A stretch of 64,000 nt of DNA from Paraphysomonas bandaiensis (lineage: Eukaryota; Protista; Chrysophyceae): NCBI GenBank assembly GCA_965644295.1, contig CBFFRP010000242.1:124001-188000 (forward strand), given 5' to 3'. The position numbers and the translations under genes are program-made. Positions 13,001 to 28,000 of this stretch are shown here, one piece after another; the first letter of the stretch is position 1; each line of letters starts with the position of its first letter. The notes under the pieces were generated by a model. That model made no database searches. It saw only the letters and a list, made by a program, of their open reading frames with translations, and had not been told where the DNA came from.

Positions 13001-16000
13001 TGCTTCACAAACATATCAATTCCAGTATCTCCAACAGTGACATCAATAGCTTCCTGGACGGAGAATAAACTCCCACTATCAATGCTTGTTACCGTATACT
13101 CTAAATCAGACCCATCAAGGATGATCACATCGCCCACCTCGATAATACCAAAGATACTCGATGAGGTCGAAACTTGCTCAGTTGACAAAATCGTAGCGGT
13201 AGGTGGAAGCTGGTGTTGGTATAATGCGGGCAGGTCATTCAACATGTCTTGCACATTGGACCCTTCCGCTCCCCACTCAATACAATCGGTTGTGCTATCG
13301 ATAAGAAGTGAACCAGAAGATGCGGTGATAGTAAAGAAACCACCGTCGATATAGCCAGATTCCACATTGGTACGAACACGTTGTACTTCAGTGTAGCCAC
13401 CTTCAACTCGAGTGACCACAGTTACAGTTCCTTCAATCGTATCAGATGGACAGGCGGAAGCAGTAAGTTCAACAACATTACCAACCACGGACTCCCCGTT
13501 AAAGTATATAGAGAAAACATAGCTCTCCCTTGATATACTCACAAGACGCGTAACCATTACGTCACCTTCCCCGACAGATTCCATACTGTCGAAGAAAGCT
13601 TCCATTTCATTCGCGGCGGTCATTTCGCCAGATAAGGGACGGGAGATACAATCAGTGCTTTCAACATAGCCACCGTGGGTAAAAGTCAACACAAAGTTTC
13701 CACACTCAGCAGTGGCATTAGCACAATCAACAGACACAACCTGAACCTCAACACCAGTCTTCAGTAATTCGTAATTATCCGCCCCTATGCGAAGTTGCTC
13801 TTGAGGAAGAAGAAGAGCAGCAGATTCAGATTCAACAGTCAACATTGGACTTCCAGACGTAACACCCACAAGACTATAGAACTCAGCTCCGTCAATAGAT
13901 TGCAAACTATTTTCCGCATCTACGTCACCTAGACCTAAGCCACCAACGCGGAATAAATCTCCAGGTGAGATGAATTGACGAATATCAGGAGGACACTGGT
14001 CAATATCTCCACACACTGCCTCTGTGGAATCATACTCGACGACCAGTACATTGGCATCCCTATCCGCACGGACAAATAATCCATCCACCTTTTCCATTAA
14101 CCTAAACTCACCAGTGGTTGCGACTTCACCAATGCTGGACAGCGATTCCAACAAATACTTCGCTTCCAATGGCTGCTGGTTATACCGAATAGGTTCTGTG
14201 GTGACACCATCAAAGGTCAGAGTAAACGTACCATCGATAGGAGTAGACCCCTCGGCGTAATTCACAGTTTCCACCGTACTATCAGTACCTTGAAGGTCGT
14301 CTGCATCAAAAGTAACAGTGATAGGATCAATATTACCAGATCCAGGAGGGAAAGAGAACCCGGCGTAAGTGCCAGGATTACTCAAAAAGAACACTTGCCA
14401 CTCATACCCACCACGAGTTCCGTCTTCAACCAACACATCACCCCAACCACCACTTTTTGCTGTGGGGTACTCAGATCGTGAAACATGAACAGCGCCAACA
14501 GTTGTCATTTCTTCAAATTTACGTTTCATCCTAGATGAGGACTCGTCATACGCAACAAGTCTACTTCCAGTAGGAGAATGTAAATCTATTGTGTATGTGC
14601 CACCAAGCCCTTCTGATCCCTTGACGAGTTCATAAACATGAGGGGCATACCGAACATTGTCCGTCGCATTCTCCTGGACAACAACGAGGGTAGGAATATC
14701 ACCAGCACCGGGAGGGGTATTTCCAGGATTGTTGACGAAACGGATTTCATACTCAACAACACCATACTTTCCAATAACTTGCCGTGTGACATTTACGACA
14801 TGATCACTTACACTCTCTAGATAACTCTTAAACGACGTGTTAGTGTAGTCATTAGATCCCTCAGGAGGGGCATTCCAGAGAAGATCTGAAGTGGAGTATG
14901 TCTCGCCGTCAACATAAAGCACAGAAAACCGGCCACGTTGAACCACACCATGCTGCACTCCTGCTTCTTCCGCAGTCATTCCATATCGTTCCCCTTCAGC
15001 AACAGTAACAATAGTTGACGTCCAATTAACGTTATCAGAGGCACCCAGTTTGCAGTTTGTAATATTTAACCCTCCTGGTGTCCCAGGATTGGGTATATCA
15101 CCTTCGTCGAAAAAGTACAACGTAATAACCTGACCATTTGCAGCAGAAACAGTATCTGAAGAAACTGTGACGTCAACACCACGAGATGGAGCATTGAGAG
15201 CAGAAATGTTGTTATGCAAGTATTCTTCAATCACTTCAGCTGGAGAATTCATCCAAATACAATCAGTAGAGTCTCCCATCAACGAAAGAATATACGATTC
15301 GGAATTCATGTCAGTGTCGTGCAGAACATCATGAATGAAAATTCGCTGTACTTCTTTAGATCCTGATGGCTCATCAGTGGCAGCATTATCACCGTCGAGA
15401 ATTGTAACTCTAGTACAGTCATAAGTGTTCACGTCATTCGACAGGCAATTTCCTCGCAAAGAAGACTCATCGTACTCTAATTTCGGTACATCGCCCGGAG
15501 AGTTACAGAGGTTGTAAATGCTATCCTTCTGTTCACATTGATCACCCCACTGACCACCAGGTGAGTCCTTGTCGCGCAAAAACGTAATACTCCACGTATA
15601 ACCTCCGTTCTTTACATTAACATCAGATCTGGACACCTCAACATCACCAATATTTGCCATATCCTCTAATATTTCCTCCATGGAGGTACCATCACCACCA
15701 GAATCAGTAGCAGTGGCAGGTGCATTATGTGCTATATTAGCAGATGTGATAGAATCCTGAATGTTAATTACAAGATGATCAGTTGTGTTGAGCATAAGGT
15801 TGAAAGTTCCGTGCAAAGGAGCAGTTCCAGGAACAACCTCCTCTACTGAGCAACCATCTGTAGGCATAGCACCATTGGTAGTGTATAATGATGACGCAGT
15901 ACAAGATATCATATCCTGGTTCCCGACATTCTTTCCCCATGCCTTCGAATACCCACTATCCCAAACTGCATCCCATGTCGTTCCAGATCCAACCCAGTTT

Positions 16001-19000
16001 CCAGGAACAAAGTCACTGTCATGAGTAATTGTAGGATCAGCCCATTGATTAGATGCAAAAGTGATCGACCACACATAGCCGAACACTTGGGTAGATGGAG
16101 TGGTCATTGGACCATCTCGAGTAACAATAACCTCAGACGGTGAGATAGAAGCAAGGCTATTTAATTTCTTCTGCACTTCAATTGCCTCAGCATCATATGG
16201 GATCGCACCAGTACTATAGCCACCGAATACAAGCTGGAAGGCTCCTTGAACTTGAGAACCTTTCCTGTATTCTTCCACGTTCACACCTGCATTTACGACA
16301 TAGGAGCCGACATTGCATTCAGAGCTGTCTACACACAACTCACCGACTCCTAGATCTGAGGCAGCAGTCGAGGTTTTCGTGATGGAAGTTGTGACCGCTT
16401 TAAACATATTTGTGTCGCCACCAACGGTTTCACCAGTGAATTCAACAGAGTACGTGTAGCCCATGACATTGTTTGGCTCCGCAGAGCGAGTAACATCAAA
16501 CAAATCCTCATTTCCAAACATGGTGTACAAAATGTTTTCAAACTCTGATGCATTCAATGCCTCGCCAGTAATTGGACTTACAACAGGAAACGCAGTAGAT
16601 CCCGATGATATGGTGGCGCCACTATGGTCAACCCAAGAAAGCCCAAAAGAACCTCCAACTTGATTGCCCTCAATAGCGGTTCCAGGATCATCAAGATTCA
16701 GAGGGTCATTCTGGGTACCAATAGAAACGACTGGAACATACGTGACATTACTAGAATTCAATGCGTTGACCACTCCCATTGGGGGAATGTCGCCATTTCT
16801 GGAAACAAAGGTTATAGTCCACACATAACCACCAGTCCACCTATTGTAACCTGAAGGAATATACACTGAACGGACAACCTCCACATCACCAAATGTATTG
16901 TTCGCACTTGAAAGGACATTGGCAAGACTATCAGCATCAATATTCCATGGAACCATATCAGCGGTGTCAACGACAGGTACACCGTTGTATGCATGTGGAA
17001 ACGTTAGATTCAATTGATAGGTGCCATCTAAAAACGAGCCCGGTTGAGCAGTACTCACTATACAGCTAACATCATTGTTAGAATTAGTCGAGTTCAAATT
17101 AGAGACGTCACAAGTCATTTCGTTCAAATCACCGTGCTGTTTGTGAAAAGTAATACTCCAAATATAACCGACTGTATCAGAACTGGAGTCGTAATAACGA
17201 CGGCTGACTTCAATAGAATCGGAATCATCATTGATTACATCGGACAGCCCTCTAAGCTTAGTGACAATTTCATTAGATGTAGCAGCTTCATCAATACTGA
17301 AAGTCGGGTTCACTCGGAGAGCGTTACACGCTTCACTGACACCATCGAATTCCTCAGGATCAGAATAGAAAAAACCAACCTCGGCATCAGTTGTTTCGAA
17401 ATCATCAGAGCTGTATCTCGGACTAATCGTTGCGTTGTTATCAGAAGATTCTAATGCAATAATCTGGTGGTATGAGTTCTGAATACGAATGAACTGAAAT
17501 AGCTCTAAATTACCGTCGACAGACACAACCCTTGTGCCCTCATCGGATACATTGACCGACACAGGAACAGTGCGAGACTCACACTCATACTCAAGGTAAA
17601 ACACACCATCAGGCTGGTTGCCTTCCACAAGAGTATGCGCAACATTGCCCTCGCTGCGAACATCTCCAATCGTAACATCAAAATTTGCATCCGAATACTG
17701 TGTCAAGTACGTCGGCGATCCACTAGTGTAAACAACACTAGAATCATACACTTCCAACGCTGGAACGTTTCCGCGTGTATAATCACTTACAAAAGTAACG
17801 TTGAAAGCATGCAAATAGATTCCATTTGTCCCAACATCGAGCACATACGCAACTTTTTGAACAACAACGCATTTGCCACTACCATCCGTCATAAAGCTCG
17901 CGCCAGTTCCAGACAAGGAACACAACTCACTTTCAATTGCAGACACACTATCTGTCAGCGATATGTCATTCGTCATACACGTAGTATCTGAACACGAGTA
18001 GCCCGTAACACCAGCATCATCCAAGGCGATCGTACACCAGTTCGTATCAGAGTTGTCAACATCCGTACCACATTTATAAGGTTCAAACTGGAGCTTAAAT
18101 GTACCACTTATGTTAGCCTCTACAGCCGGACAAGGGTCACCTAACGCACACCCTGAAGTATCTGCCCCTGATACTATAATTCCAAAGATTTGCACTTCGT
18201 TAACCCGAGGTGTTGAAACCTCAACAACCTGAATTTCAGGTACATCCTCGACATATGTTTGTACGAGCTGCACTTCAGCAACGTGAGTGCCAGTCAACTC
18301 AATAGTCTGCACTTCATTTACGTCAACTGCTGTGGTCGTAACCCTCTGTACCTCATTCGTAACATCATCACAATGAGTTGTAACAGTCTGGATTTCATCC
18401 TTCTGGTTGACACGGGTACGAATTATTTGGCGCTCATTTGTCACTTCGGCAGTCATGCGAATGGCCTGAACTTCCATATCAACATCTGATGCCGCAACAA
18501 CTGTCTGGACTTCAGACACAACTGGAAGGTCAACGACGTCATAAAAGGCAAAATCAGCTTCATTTGAATACATCAACCTATATTTCTCCAAGGTGGCGCC
18601 ACCGTCACGTACAGGATAGTCCCACGAGGCGAACAGAGAAGTGCTGCTGATAACATCTAAAGTGACATTCTCAGGGGCACCAGGAAGCTGATCAACTGTC
18701 GTAACTCCACACACCGCTTTGCAAACGCAGCAAGCTTCATCTGCAGTTTTCCCGACACTTCTTTCTCCAATCTTGTCAGCATTGTCTACAGCCCCACAGC
18801 CGCAATTTTCGCCACTACTACACTCACCTTTGCGTGCGTCTAACATAAAAGCATAATCAGCGCATGTGTTGCCATTGAAATCTTCCCAGCTGTCAACATC
18901 AATAAAAGCATACCCAGCGACACCTGCCCCCTTACTATTGAACGCAGTGACGCGGATGAAGTACTCTCGCCCCGGCAAAAGTACAGTTTCTTCTACTCCA

Positions 19001-22000
19001 GTAAGGATATCCCGTCCACCGATGAGATACTCTAAACTCTGAAGGTTATATAGAGTCACCGCGGTTGCAGGAGATGCGAAGTCGTCACGCAAATCCCATT
19101 CAACAACATAGTGTGAAACTGGTGTTCCTCCATTACCGCCATACTCGCATGCATCAGAATTCGGAGCATCCCACTGAACCAAAATACCAACATCTGATGT
19201 CGACATCGCACGGATATTCACAGGGGCTCCCGGGGCACGGATTTCACCAATCGCTGACCTGGGAGACGGAAAGCTGGCTTCAGACCATTTGTATCCGTTA
19301 AATGCATAAACTCTCGCATATCTCGGCACCTTGCTCGATGACGCTGCAATATCAATATCATGGCAAAACGAAGGCCCATCGGTAGGGGATACCATAATTT
19401 CAGCAGTATGTCCACTGACATCCATATTCCTAAAATCGGCAGTAAGATCCCATTGGACTTTGTACTTCGTAATGGTTGCACCACCATTCGAAATAGGAGC
19501 GTGCCACACGACTTTAAGACGTGATGCAGACAATGCAAACATGGTGGCATTGAACGGAGCAGAAGGGGAAGTTTTAGGAGCCACAAAAAGCGGACTACCA
19601 ACAGCAAACTTGGAATACCCTTCATCGTTATGAGCACGGACACGAACCTGATATTGTACTCCCATTTGTAGTCCAGAGATTACTGTTGAACGCACCTCAG
19701 AACCGGATACAAACTTAGAACCATAGTTATCAGGTACAACACCATCATGAGCTGTAGATACACCCGCCCTAGCAAATGGACCAGCAAGTGAGACATCATT
19801 TACGTACATATCAGGCAAGTCAAAGAGTTCAGACAAAAATGTAACTCTCCAGTCATATCCAAAGCCATTGCGGAAACGAACCACAGACACATCACCAATG
19901 GTAGAAAGTTGCTCTAGCGCAGCTTCCATTTCGAGAGCTGTCAGATCATGTCTCAACGGATGGGTTGAGTCCCCCATAAAGCCAACTCTAAATGTACCAG
20001 ATAGTGGTGCAACACCTTCACGAAGAGTATGTACTTTAACAATAGGATTAGTACCAGCCCAATTATCGGATGACGAAGGGATCAGCTGAGGCAAGTCACC
20101 AACTTGAGTCGTGAATGTCACATCCCAAGTGTAACCATAAGTCCATTTGTACACCTTGGCATTAACTATATCCTCTTCATCGAAAGACGCTGCATTGAGG
20201 TCACTGTCCCCCAAGTCTACATAGTTCGAATCAACTGTGACTAGGTAAAACGGAAGGTTTGAAATCCAAACTAGATCTCCTCTTTCCAACTGCGAAGTTG
20301 ACCCCGCTAATACAAACGCTCGTGTACTCCCAGAAGTAACGTTAAACCGAAGACCTTGAACAATCCTACGTGAATACTCACGAGTGACCTCAACTTCGCC
20401 AATTGTAGATAAGCGAGCAAGTGCTAGCGCAACAGAATCTTCCCCCACGGCATTCGCATCCCAAGCAATGTTGTCAGTCGTTTCACCATCAAATTCAAGG
20501 CGGAAAAATCCAGCTAAATTATTTTCGTCTGACTCGACAGTGATACGCTGAATCTCATCGAGAGAACCTGAGGAAGAAGTCGTAATCACTTGAACTTCAT
20601 ACTCAGGCACTGAAGTGTAAGACTCCACAAGGTACCCATCGGTTAAATATTTTTGAGACGTCGAGTCAGTCCAAGACACACTCAAAGCAGATGATGATGA
20701 AACAGAAATCAAAACCATAGAGGGTGCTGGAGGCTGTCCCAAAGCAACAGCAGTAGATACTGAAGATACGAGTGAATACCCTCTGTTGTTGTAAGCAGTA
20801 ACACGTGCAGAGTACTCTGCTCCTGCTTCCAAGGGCCCCAAAAAGATCTGAAGAGGGGATGTACCTTTAATTTCCTCAAATACTACAACTTCAGCACTGG
20901 ACGCCGGAGTCAGATCTTCATAAGACACTGTCATCGGAGGAAGGTTCCCAGCTCCCTGAACCCTCTCGTTCTTCTGGTGAGTAAACGTAACTTTCCATGC
21001 ATAGAGTTCGTAGTCACTGTCGAGAACCTCGCGATTAACGTTGACAGTGTAGATAGTGTGTAGAGACTCTAACTTTTGCTTGAAAGACACAGCGGACTCG
21101 TTATGAGAAATGAGATCTGTATCATAACCCTCCATATTCAGCTTAAACGACCCATATATTCTAGACAAAGCAGTGCACTTAACAGTCTGGACCTCATATG
21201 TATATGAGCCAGGAACAACATCACCAAAGCCCCTTGTTACTTCCTTGACTGTCATACGGGGATCGTCCCCGGCCAACATTGAAGAATCAACTTGAAGTAG
21301 TCCAACGTCACCATGCACACCTTGGAAAGTGACCATCCACTTGTAGCCCCTGTTAAAGACAGACCGCGTGACAGTCACAGGAGCAACAGCCACATGTCGA
21401 GTGCTGACGAGAACGTTTAGAGCGATTTCAAGATCATAGGCGGATATGTCATGAGCAAGGTCAGCTGTCATTTTACCACCAAATGCCAGAGTAAATGTTC
21501 CGCCACGGGTTTTAACAGCGTCACCTGCTCTGTAGGATATCACAATCTGTTGAACTTCAGGGACGATTGAGTATGACCTCGACATGTAATCATCACCTTC
21601 TGGGTCAAAGTTCCGAGAAGTATCCCACTCAACAACGTAGGTGGTGATTGGAAGACCACCATCGTGCTGAGGAACTTGGTAGCTCAGAGACAACGAGTTA
21701 CCACTTCGGTACTGTCCAAAAACTACACTCTGTGGGCGTCCAGGTAAACCACCAATGTGCTCAGTTTGTGCAGATACGAGAGAAGATGGCGATGATATAA
21801 ACTTTGAATTCATTGAGCGCACTTGTGCAGTATAGTTGCGGGAATCATCCAAAACAAGATATCTGGGTGAATATCCCGCAAATACCTCTGCCTGTCGAAC
21901 TGTATCGACGGCAATCTCAACAGCCGACAAATTCGATGACTGGATCGTAACCTGGGGAATACCATCATTTGTTCCATACTCACCCCAAAATGCAATTGAG

Positions 22001-25000
22001 TACACATAGCCATACGAATACGGGGCAGTTAAACCATCACCGACTCTTTTCACAGTTACCTTGTCCACATTCGGCAATGACTCCAAAGCGTTCTTCCACT
22101 CATCGCTTGTGGAGCCATAGGCAAGAATTGTTGAGTTACTATATTGGCCACCGTAACTCAGCTGGAATGTGGAACCCATGTTGTCCGCATTGACCGAAGC
22201 ACTAGAAGACGCACCACGGAATGCAACAGTTTGTATTTCCGACAGAGATCCCAGCACATATTCTCCAGGTGCAGAACCGTCTGTTCGATGTACACTGACC
22301 TGAACATTAGTTCCACGCCAGTCCGACTCAACAGCAACACGTGCTGAACGTATGTTCGCACTGGCAGCTTTGAAAACGATACATCTCTCATAGCCATAAG
22401 CATGCCTGAACCCTGTGGCAGCTGTGAACGGCACACGAACTCCTTTAGCATAATTCTTCCCATCAATAACAGTGAATTGCAACTGATCCTCCACAATCCA
22501 TAATGAATCACCATCCGACATCACTTCTGACCATGATTCAGATGTCAGCAACTCAACATATTCGTCAAATACATACACATCTTTGTCTTGCCCAGTAACA
22601 GCTTCTCCATGATAAGGCGGATCAATAGTTGCGCAAAACATATTCAAGCATACCCAGCTATCAGTTACGTTGTACAGGTCCCCATCAATGTAATAAAAGG
22701 TTGATGAGTTCATCTCCCTTGTCGTGACAATTGAGGTTGAACCGACCATGGCAGTGTCTAGCATGTTATCACCAAGAATAGTCACGCGCCCAGGTAATGC
22801 ACGCTTGGAGTAAGACATCACTCTAAAGTTCGCCACGTCACTGATTACGTCACTACCACTACCCATTACCTCACTCAAATGAATTTCAGTGTATGAAGAG
22901 TTTACTACTTCGAAGCCTGTGACATACCTACCAGCAGTAGTGCTTCGGTAGGTGTCGAAGACAACGTCATCGCCAACATGAATACGATCAGAAAGGTTTG
23001 CTGCTACACCGATCACAGATGAATTTTCAGTTATCAGTACATCATATCTAGCATAGGCAGGTTGCATATTGCGTCCATACCCAAGCATTGTCACCTTACC
23101 AACATTGGTTAAATTGTGGAGAGCATTCATGAGAGCGGCATCCGACGCATCCCATGACAAGGGGATAGTACTTTCATCACCTAGCAGTATCCTGAAATGA
23201 CCAGATATATCGTCTTTATCAGCAACAATCGATATATTGAGCATTTGGTAAACTCCAACAGCAACATCAGTGCCAGTAACATGCTGATCATCTATAACCA
23301 TCGCCTCTACATCACCAAAACTTCTCGGAAAAGTTACAACCCAGGCGTGGTTATTGACATCTTCCCCCAAGTAATGCTTCGTCACAGATACACCATTGAC
23401 ACCGCCCATTGCATTAAGTACACTAGAAACATCAGCGGCGTCAGCGTTAGCCGATATGGCATCTGATTTCATGCCGTTCAAATAGATATAAAAGTATCCG
23501 TCTGGTATTCCTGTAGAATCAAGCACAATAGTTTGAACTTCAGGAGATCCATGCAGACATGGAATTTCTTCATCTACAGCTATAACGCTAACATCTGTTG
23601 TCGAGAACTGTTTAGCGCTGCAAGATGCAGCATGGGATGTCCAGGAATTTCCATTGTGGACAGTACTCACTTGGAACAGTGGCCATTCCAAAGTTGGTGC
23701 CAAACCCTCAACAAAAATATGCAAATCCCTGATGCTCCTTGAGTAAACATCGCGAACACGCTCCTCAATGAAAACATCTCGCACAGAATCCAAACTTTCC
23801 AATATAAGCTCCAACTCATTTGCACTGACATTGAAATCGATGCAAGATGTCTGCTCTTCGCCAACATTTAGACGGAACGTACCAGTTCCAGGACCATCGT
23901 TTGATGTGTCGTGAGAGATACTCAAAACTTGGTGCTGCGTGAATGACCCAATACCAATACGCTCACAATCCGAGTAAACCCAAACTGCACCGTAATCTTC
24001 TGGAACCTTGGTATGAGTGCGATTAATATTCGAAAAGACAAACTCGTGCGTGAGAGATTCTGATGTTAGCATTGACGTATCCACTGTGATTTCTCCCGTG
24101 GCCAAACCGCCTATACCGTGTGTCAATAGAATGTCGTACAGAAACCCCTCACCAATACTTGCATTAAGCGGGGTAACTGTTACTTCAGAGTCACTAACAG
24201 ATGGAAGGAAGTTAAATGCCTTCTCCACATCCGCAGCAGTTGCGCCAAACGGTAGAAGGGCAGTATCACTACCTTGGAATGAAATCCTCCAGAAGCCACT
24301 AGAATCTCTCATGGCACCTGCATTATAGAGAACAAACGAGTGAACGGACCGCACATTGAAGTTCGAATCAGAGGTATACTCCAGTAAGTATTTCTCAATT
24401 GATGATCCACCATTATCACCAGAGATAGCAATATCAAATTCGAGCTGACTTGCCGACACTGGTGACATAGAGGAAATAGCTGACCTTCCAGGCTCGCCAA
24501 GAGCGAGCAAAGACAAAGGGTTAACCCCAACACCATTATTTTGAACTTCACTAGACGATACTCCAGAACCCGCCGAGTTCCCAGCAGTTATTTCGACAAT
24601 GTATTGCGCACCTGGAATTAGGCCCGTAAATTCCTCCACTGTATCGAGAAGAGAACCTTTGACTATTTCGTTCACTTTTACCACCAGGCCGTTGCCTCTG
24701 AGGGAACCACCAGTTGCCGGCACTTTGTACTCCTCCCACTGGGAGCCGTCAAGCCTTCTGAGGCCACCATACTGAGGAGTAATATCGTCCACGAAAGTAT
24801 CCACTGTGATAAGTGGAAGATCGCCCAAATTCGACAAGAAGGTTATTGTCCATTCATATCCTCTAAAGGTTTTGTCACTATGTTCAATGGTCTTGCGTTG
24901 AACATTCACATCACCAACAGTTGACAAGGATTCAAACTTCGTTTCAAAGTCTTTAGCCGTTTCATCTGCTCGGAATAGCACCTTCACTGAAGACAAGTTG

Positions 25001-28000
25001 AAGTCAAGAGCGAAATGTCCAAATAAGAGACCATCAGAAGCTTGAACTGACACAGTCTGAACTTCGAAAGTACGGGATGATATCGTCCTTTCTTCAAACG
25101 TGTTGTCGAAAGATGGAGCTTGCCCTGCACGCAGGAGAACCCTATTAACATCGCCATTGAGAATGCTGCCACCAACTCCGGCAGACACTGTGCACGTTGG
25201 CCAGGTGGCTGAATCTGGAACCGTGGCTAATGTAGTATCGCTTTGCGTCACTACCGTTCCATCATAGTTATCAACTAAAACCCAAGTACTCTCATTATAA
25301 TACACCGAAAATGGAGAGTCCGGCATGGAATAGAATCTACGACCATTTAAGAAGCGGTCAGACACATAAATGCCATCTACATCACTTAAGCACGAGATAT
25401 TAATAGCAGAAGACGAATAATCTGTCACATCAAAACAAGTAATATCTCCACAATATTCAGTTGATCCTGGAGTTGATGTGAAGGACACGGTCCAACTATA
25501 CCCGTTGTCCTCGTTGGGTCCATACCTTTCAACATCAACTGTTCCAATCGCCGGAATGAACTCCAAAAGAGAATCCATTGCTAAAGTAGTTGCATCGTGT
25601 GAAACAATAGCATTCTGCTGTCTATAAACAGCTACCCTGTCGAAATCAGATGGTACTGCAGAGTCAAGCATTATACCAGAGGCATTAACATTGGTAACAG
25701 TGAAATACGACTGAACTGAAGGCAAATAACCCGCCTCGCGGCCTTCGACGTACACGCGATCATTAGCACGCAGCTCAGATGTAACATCCAAATCCAAAGA
25801 TAAAAATGATTCACCACTAGCAAAGTTAGCAGCTCCCATCAATGTATCGGATACATAAAGCGTCTGATTCAAGGCCCCTTGAGTGTGGTATGGAATGAAC
25901 GAGGCAAAAATATCATTGACAGATGCAATCATGAGTTCCTCATCTCCAACACGCACAACGACACCAGGGGCCAGCAGCGCATTCAATGAGGCAGAAGCAA
26001 CAAGACTTCTTTCGCCAGGAATAATGGTTACAGTGATAGGCATATCGGCATCATCAGAAGCAATCTTATTCATGTTTCCTCGGAAACCGTAACGAACCTC
26101 AAAATGTCCAGATATAGCGGCATCATTGATAGCACTGGTCAGCACTTCAAACTTTTCAGGTACAAAACCAGCGTGACCAGGAACAGAAGTCGATACAAAA
26201 GCTGTCGTACCTCCGCGAGACAAAATCGCAGTTTCATTATCACCATAACATGAAATCCAATTAACTGCAAGCTGAGGAACATCACCATTTGAAAGGTATT
26301 CGCCATCGAATTCGATAACAGCCACACGAGTCACTTCAGTAGACGAAACTGAAACAGCTACAGAGTCAATCATATCGAGCTCCTCAATTATAATCTCTAA
26401 TTCAGCAGCAGAAACAGATGCTCCAAAGCAGCGGGTAGTTTCGTCACCGACAGAAAGTGCTAGAGAGGCAGAAAATGCACCACTGTTATCACCGATGACC
26501 AGCTTTTGTACCTCATGCACCGGCGTTGCTATATTAACAGTAAATGACTCAACACTAGCACCGTTAGATCCCTCAGCTCTAAGAGCGGGAAGGGTCCAGT
26601 CAACTGAAATCGAAGTGCTTGTCTGATGGGTAAGATGCCCAACACCAATGTATTCAGGAGACTGGATAGCAGAGTGACTTACAGGTGAACTTGGATAGCC
26701 TTCGTATACATATGGGGAACACATCACATCACCCCAAACTTCCTCAAAGCAAGCTTTAACTCGGATGAAATACTGCACACCAGCGACAAGATCATCAAGG
26801 ATGACATGGTTATCAGTCATATTCACAGTTCTAGAATGCAGAGGTTTAGTATTTGATGCAGAACAAATCGTCGCATCACACCACGAAATAAACGAAGGGT
26901 TCGTATCGTACTCTACAATATAAGATCCGTTCACGACATCTTCCTGAGGGAATATTGGTTCGTCCCATGAGAGTTTCAAACTCACCGTCGCGTATTCCAA
27001 TGACGGTGACTGAACAGTTGACACAGAAAGATTAGTTGGAACTGAAGGAATATGCGTGTAGCCAACAATTGGGAAAGTTGCAGGGTACGCATAATCAGAT
27101 AAGCCAATCGAGTTGATAGCCTGTACACGGAAATAAACAGGAGTATTGACAAAGGTGGCATCAGTGATGACTGTAGAATAAACCGGGACACCAGTAACAA
27201 ACGGGGGAATACCGGCAACACTTTCGTAGGCTTTCCCTGGGTTCATTTGCACAATGGGTACATCGCCACTTCGCATGATAAACGACACGAGAAAGGCAGT
27301 GGACGTACCAACGCAATCATGTTCGCCAGCATTACCAGTTCCAATAATTTCGACTGACACTTCACCCACACCAGTCATAGCCTCAAACGCATCCGTAACA
27401 GAAGCAACTGAGGCACCCGAGGAAACATTTCCGCTGAATCCGAAAATGGAAATTGTTGTGTCAACAGAATCACAAAAATACAAGGTCTGCTGCTCCTCAA
27501 CAGAGCCAACGAAAACAACTGCAGTGTCATCACTGAAACAAGAAGTTCTATTTGCTGAGTCACATGCCAACAAGTAATCTCCAGTCGCACTGAAGTGGTG
27601 TCGCACCATATGCTCATACGTACTACGACGAATATCATATTGTGACCCGGCCTCGAGAACCTCATGAAATGTAACCATCCATACGTACCCACGGTCCATA
27701 CCACATGTATTCTGCCCAACTTCTTTTGAGCAAAATAATTCACGACTAACCGAGACGTCACCAATGGAAGAAAGACCTTCGAGGGCAGTCTCCATGTCAG
27801 TCGCACTGATATTGTACTCAAGCTCGTCAGTGTGCTGACCACGGAAATGTAACACAAAGGTACCCATTGGGTTGAATCCATGTCGAGTAGTCATGGTAAC
27901 ACTCTGAATCTCGTGTCTCAAAGAGATATCAGAACTCAATATGTTTGAATCGTACAACGGTTCGCCATTCGATCCCGAATCAAAAGATGGAGAGGTATCC

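Noticed and set aside
24751-24759. RRL motif as a proprotein cleavage site in the giant protein
   Set aside because: A tripeptide in 17,000 aa is expected by chance; nothing else supports processing there.
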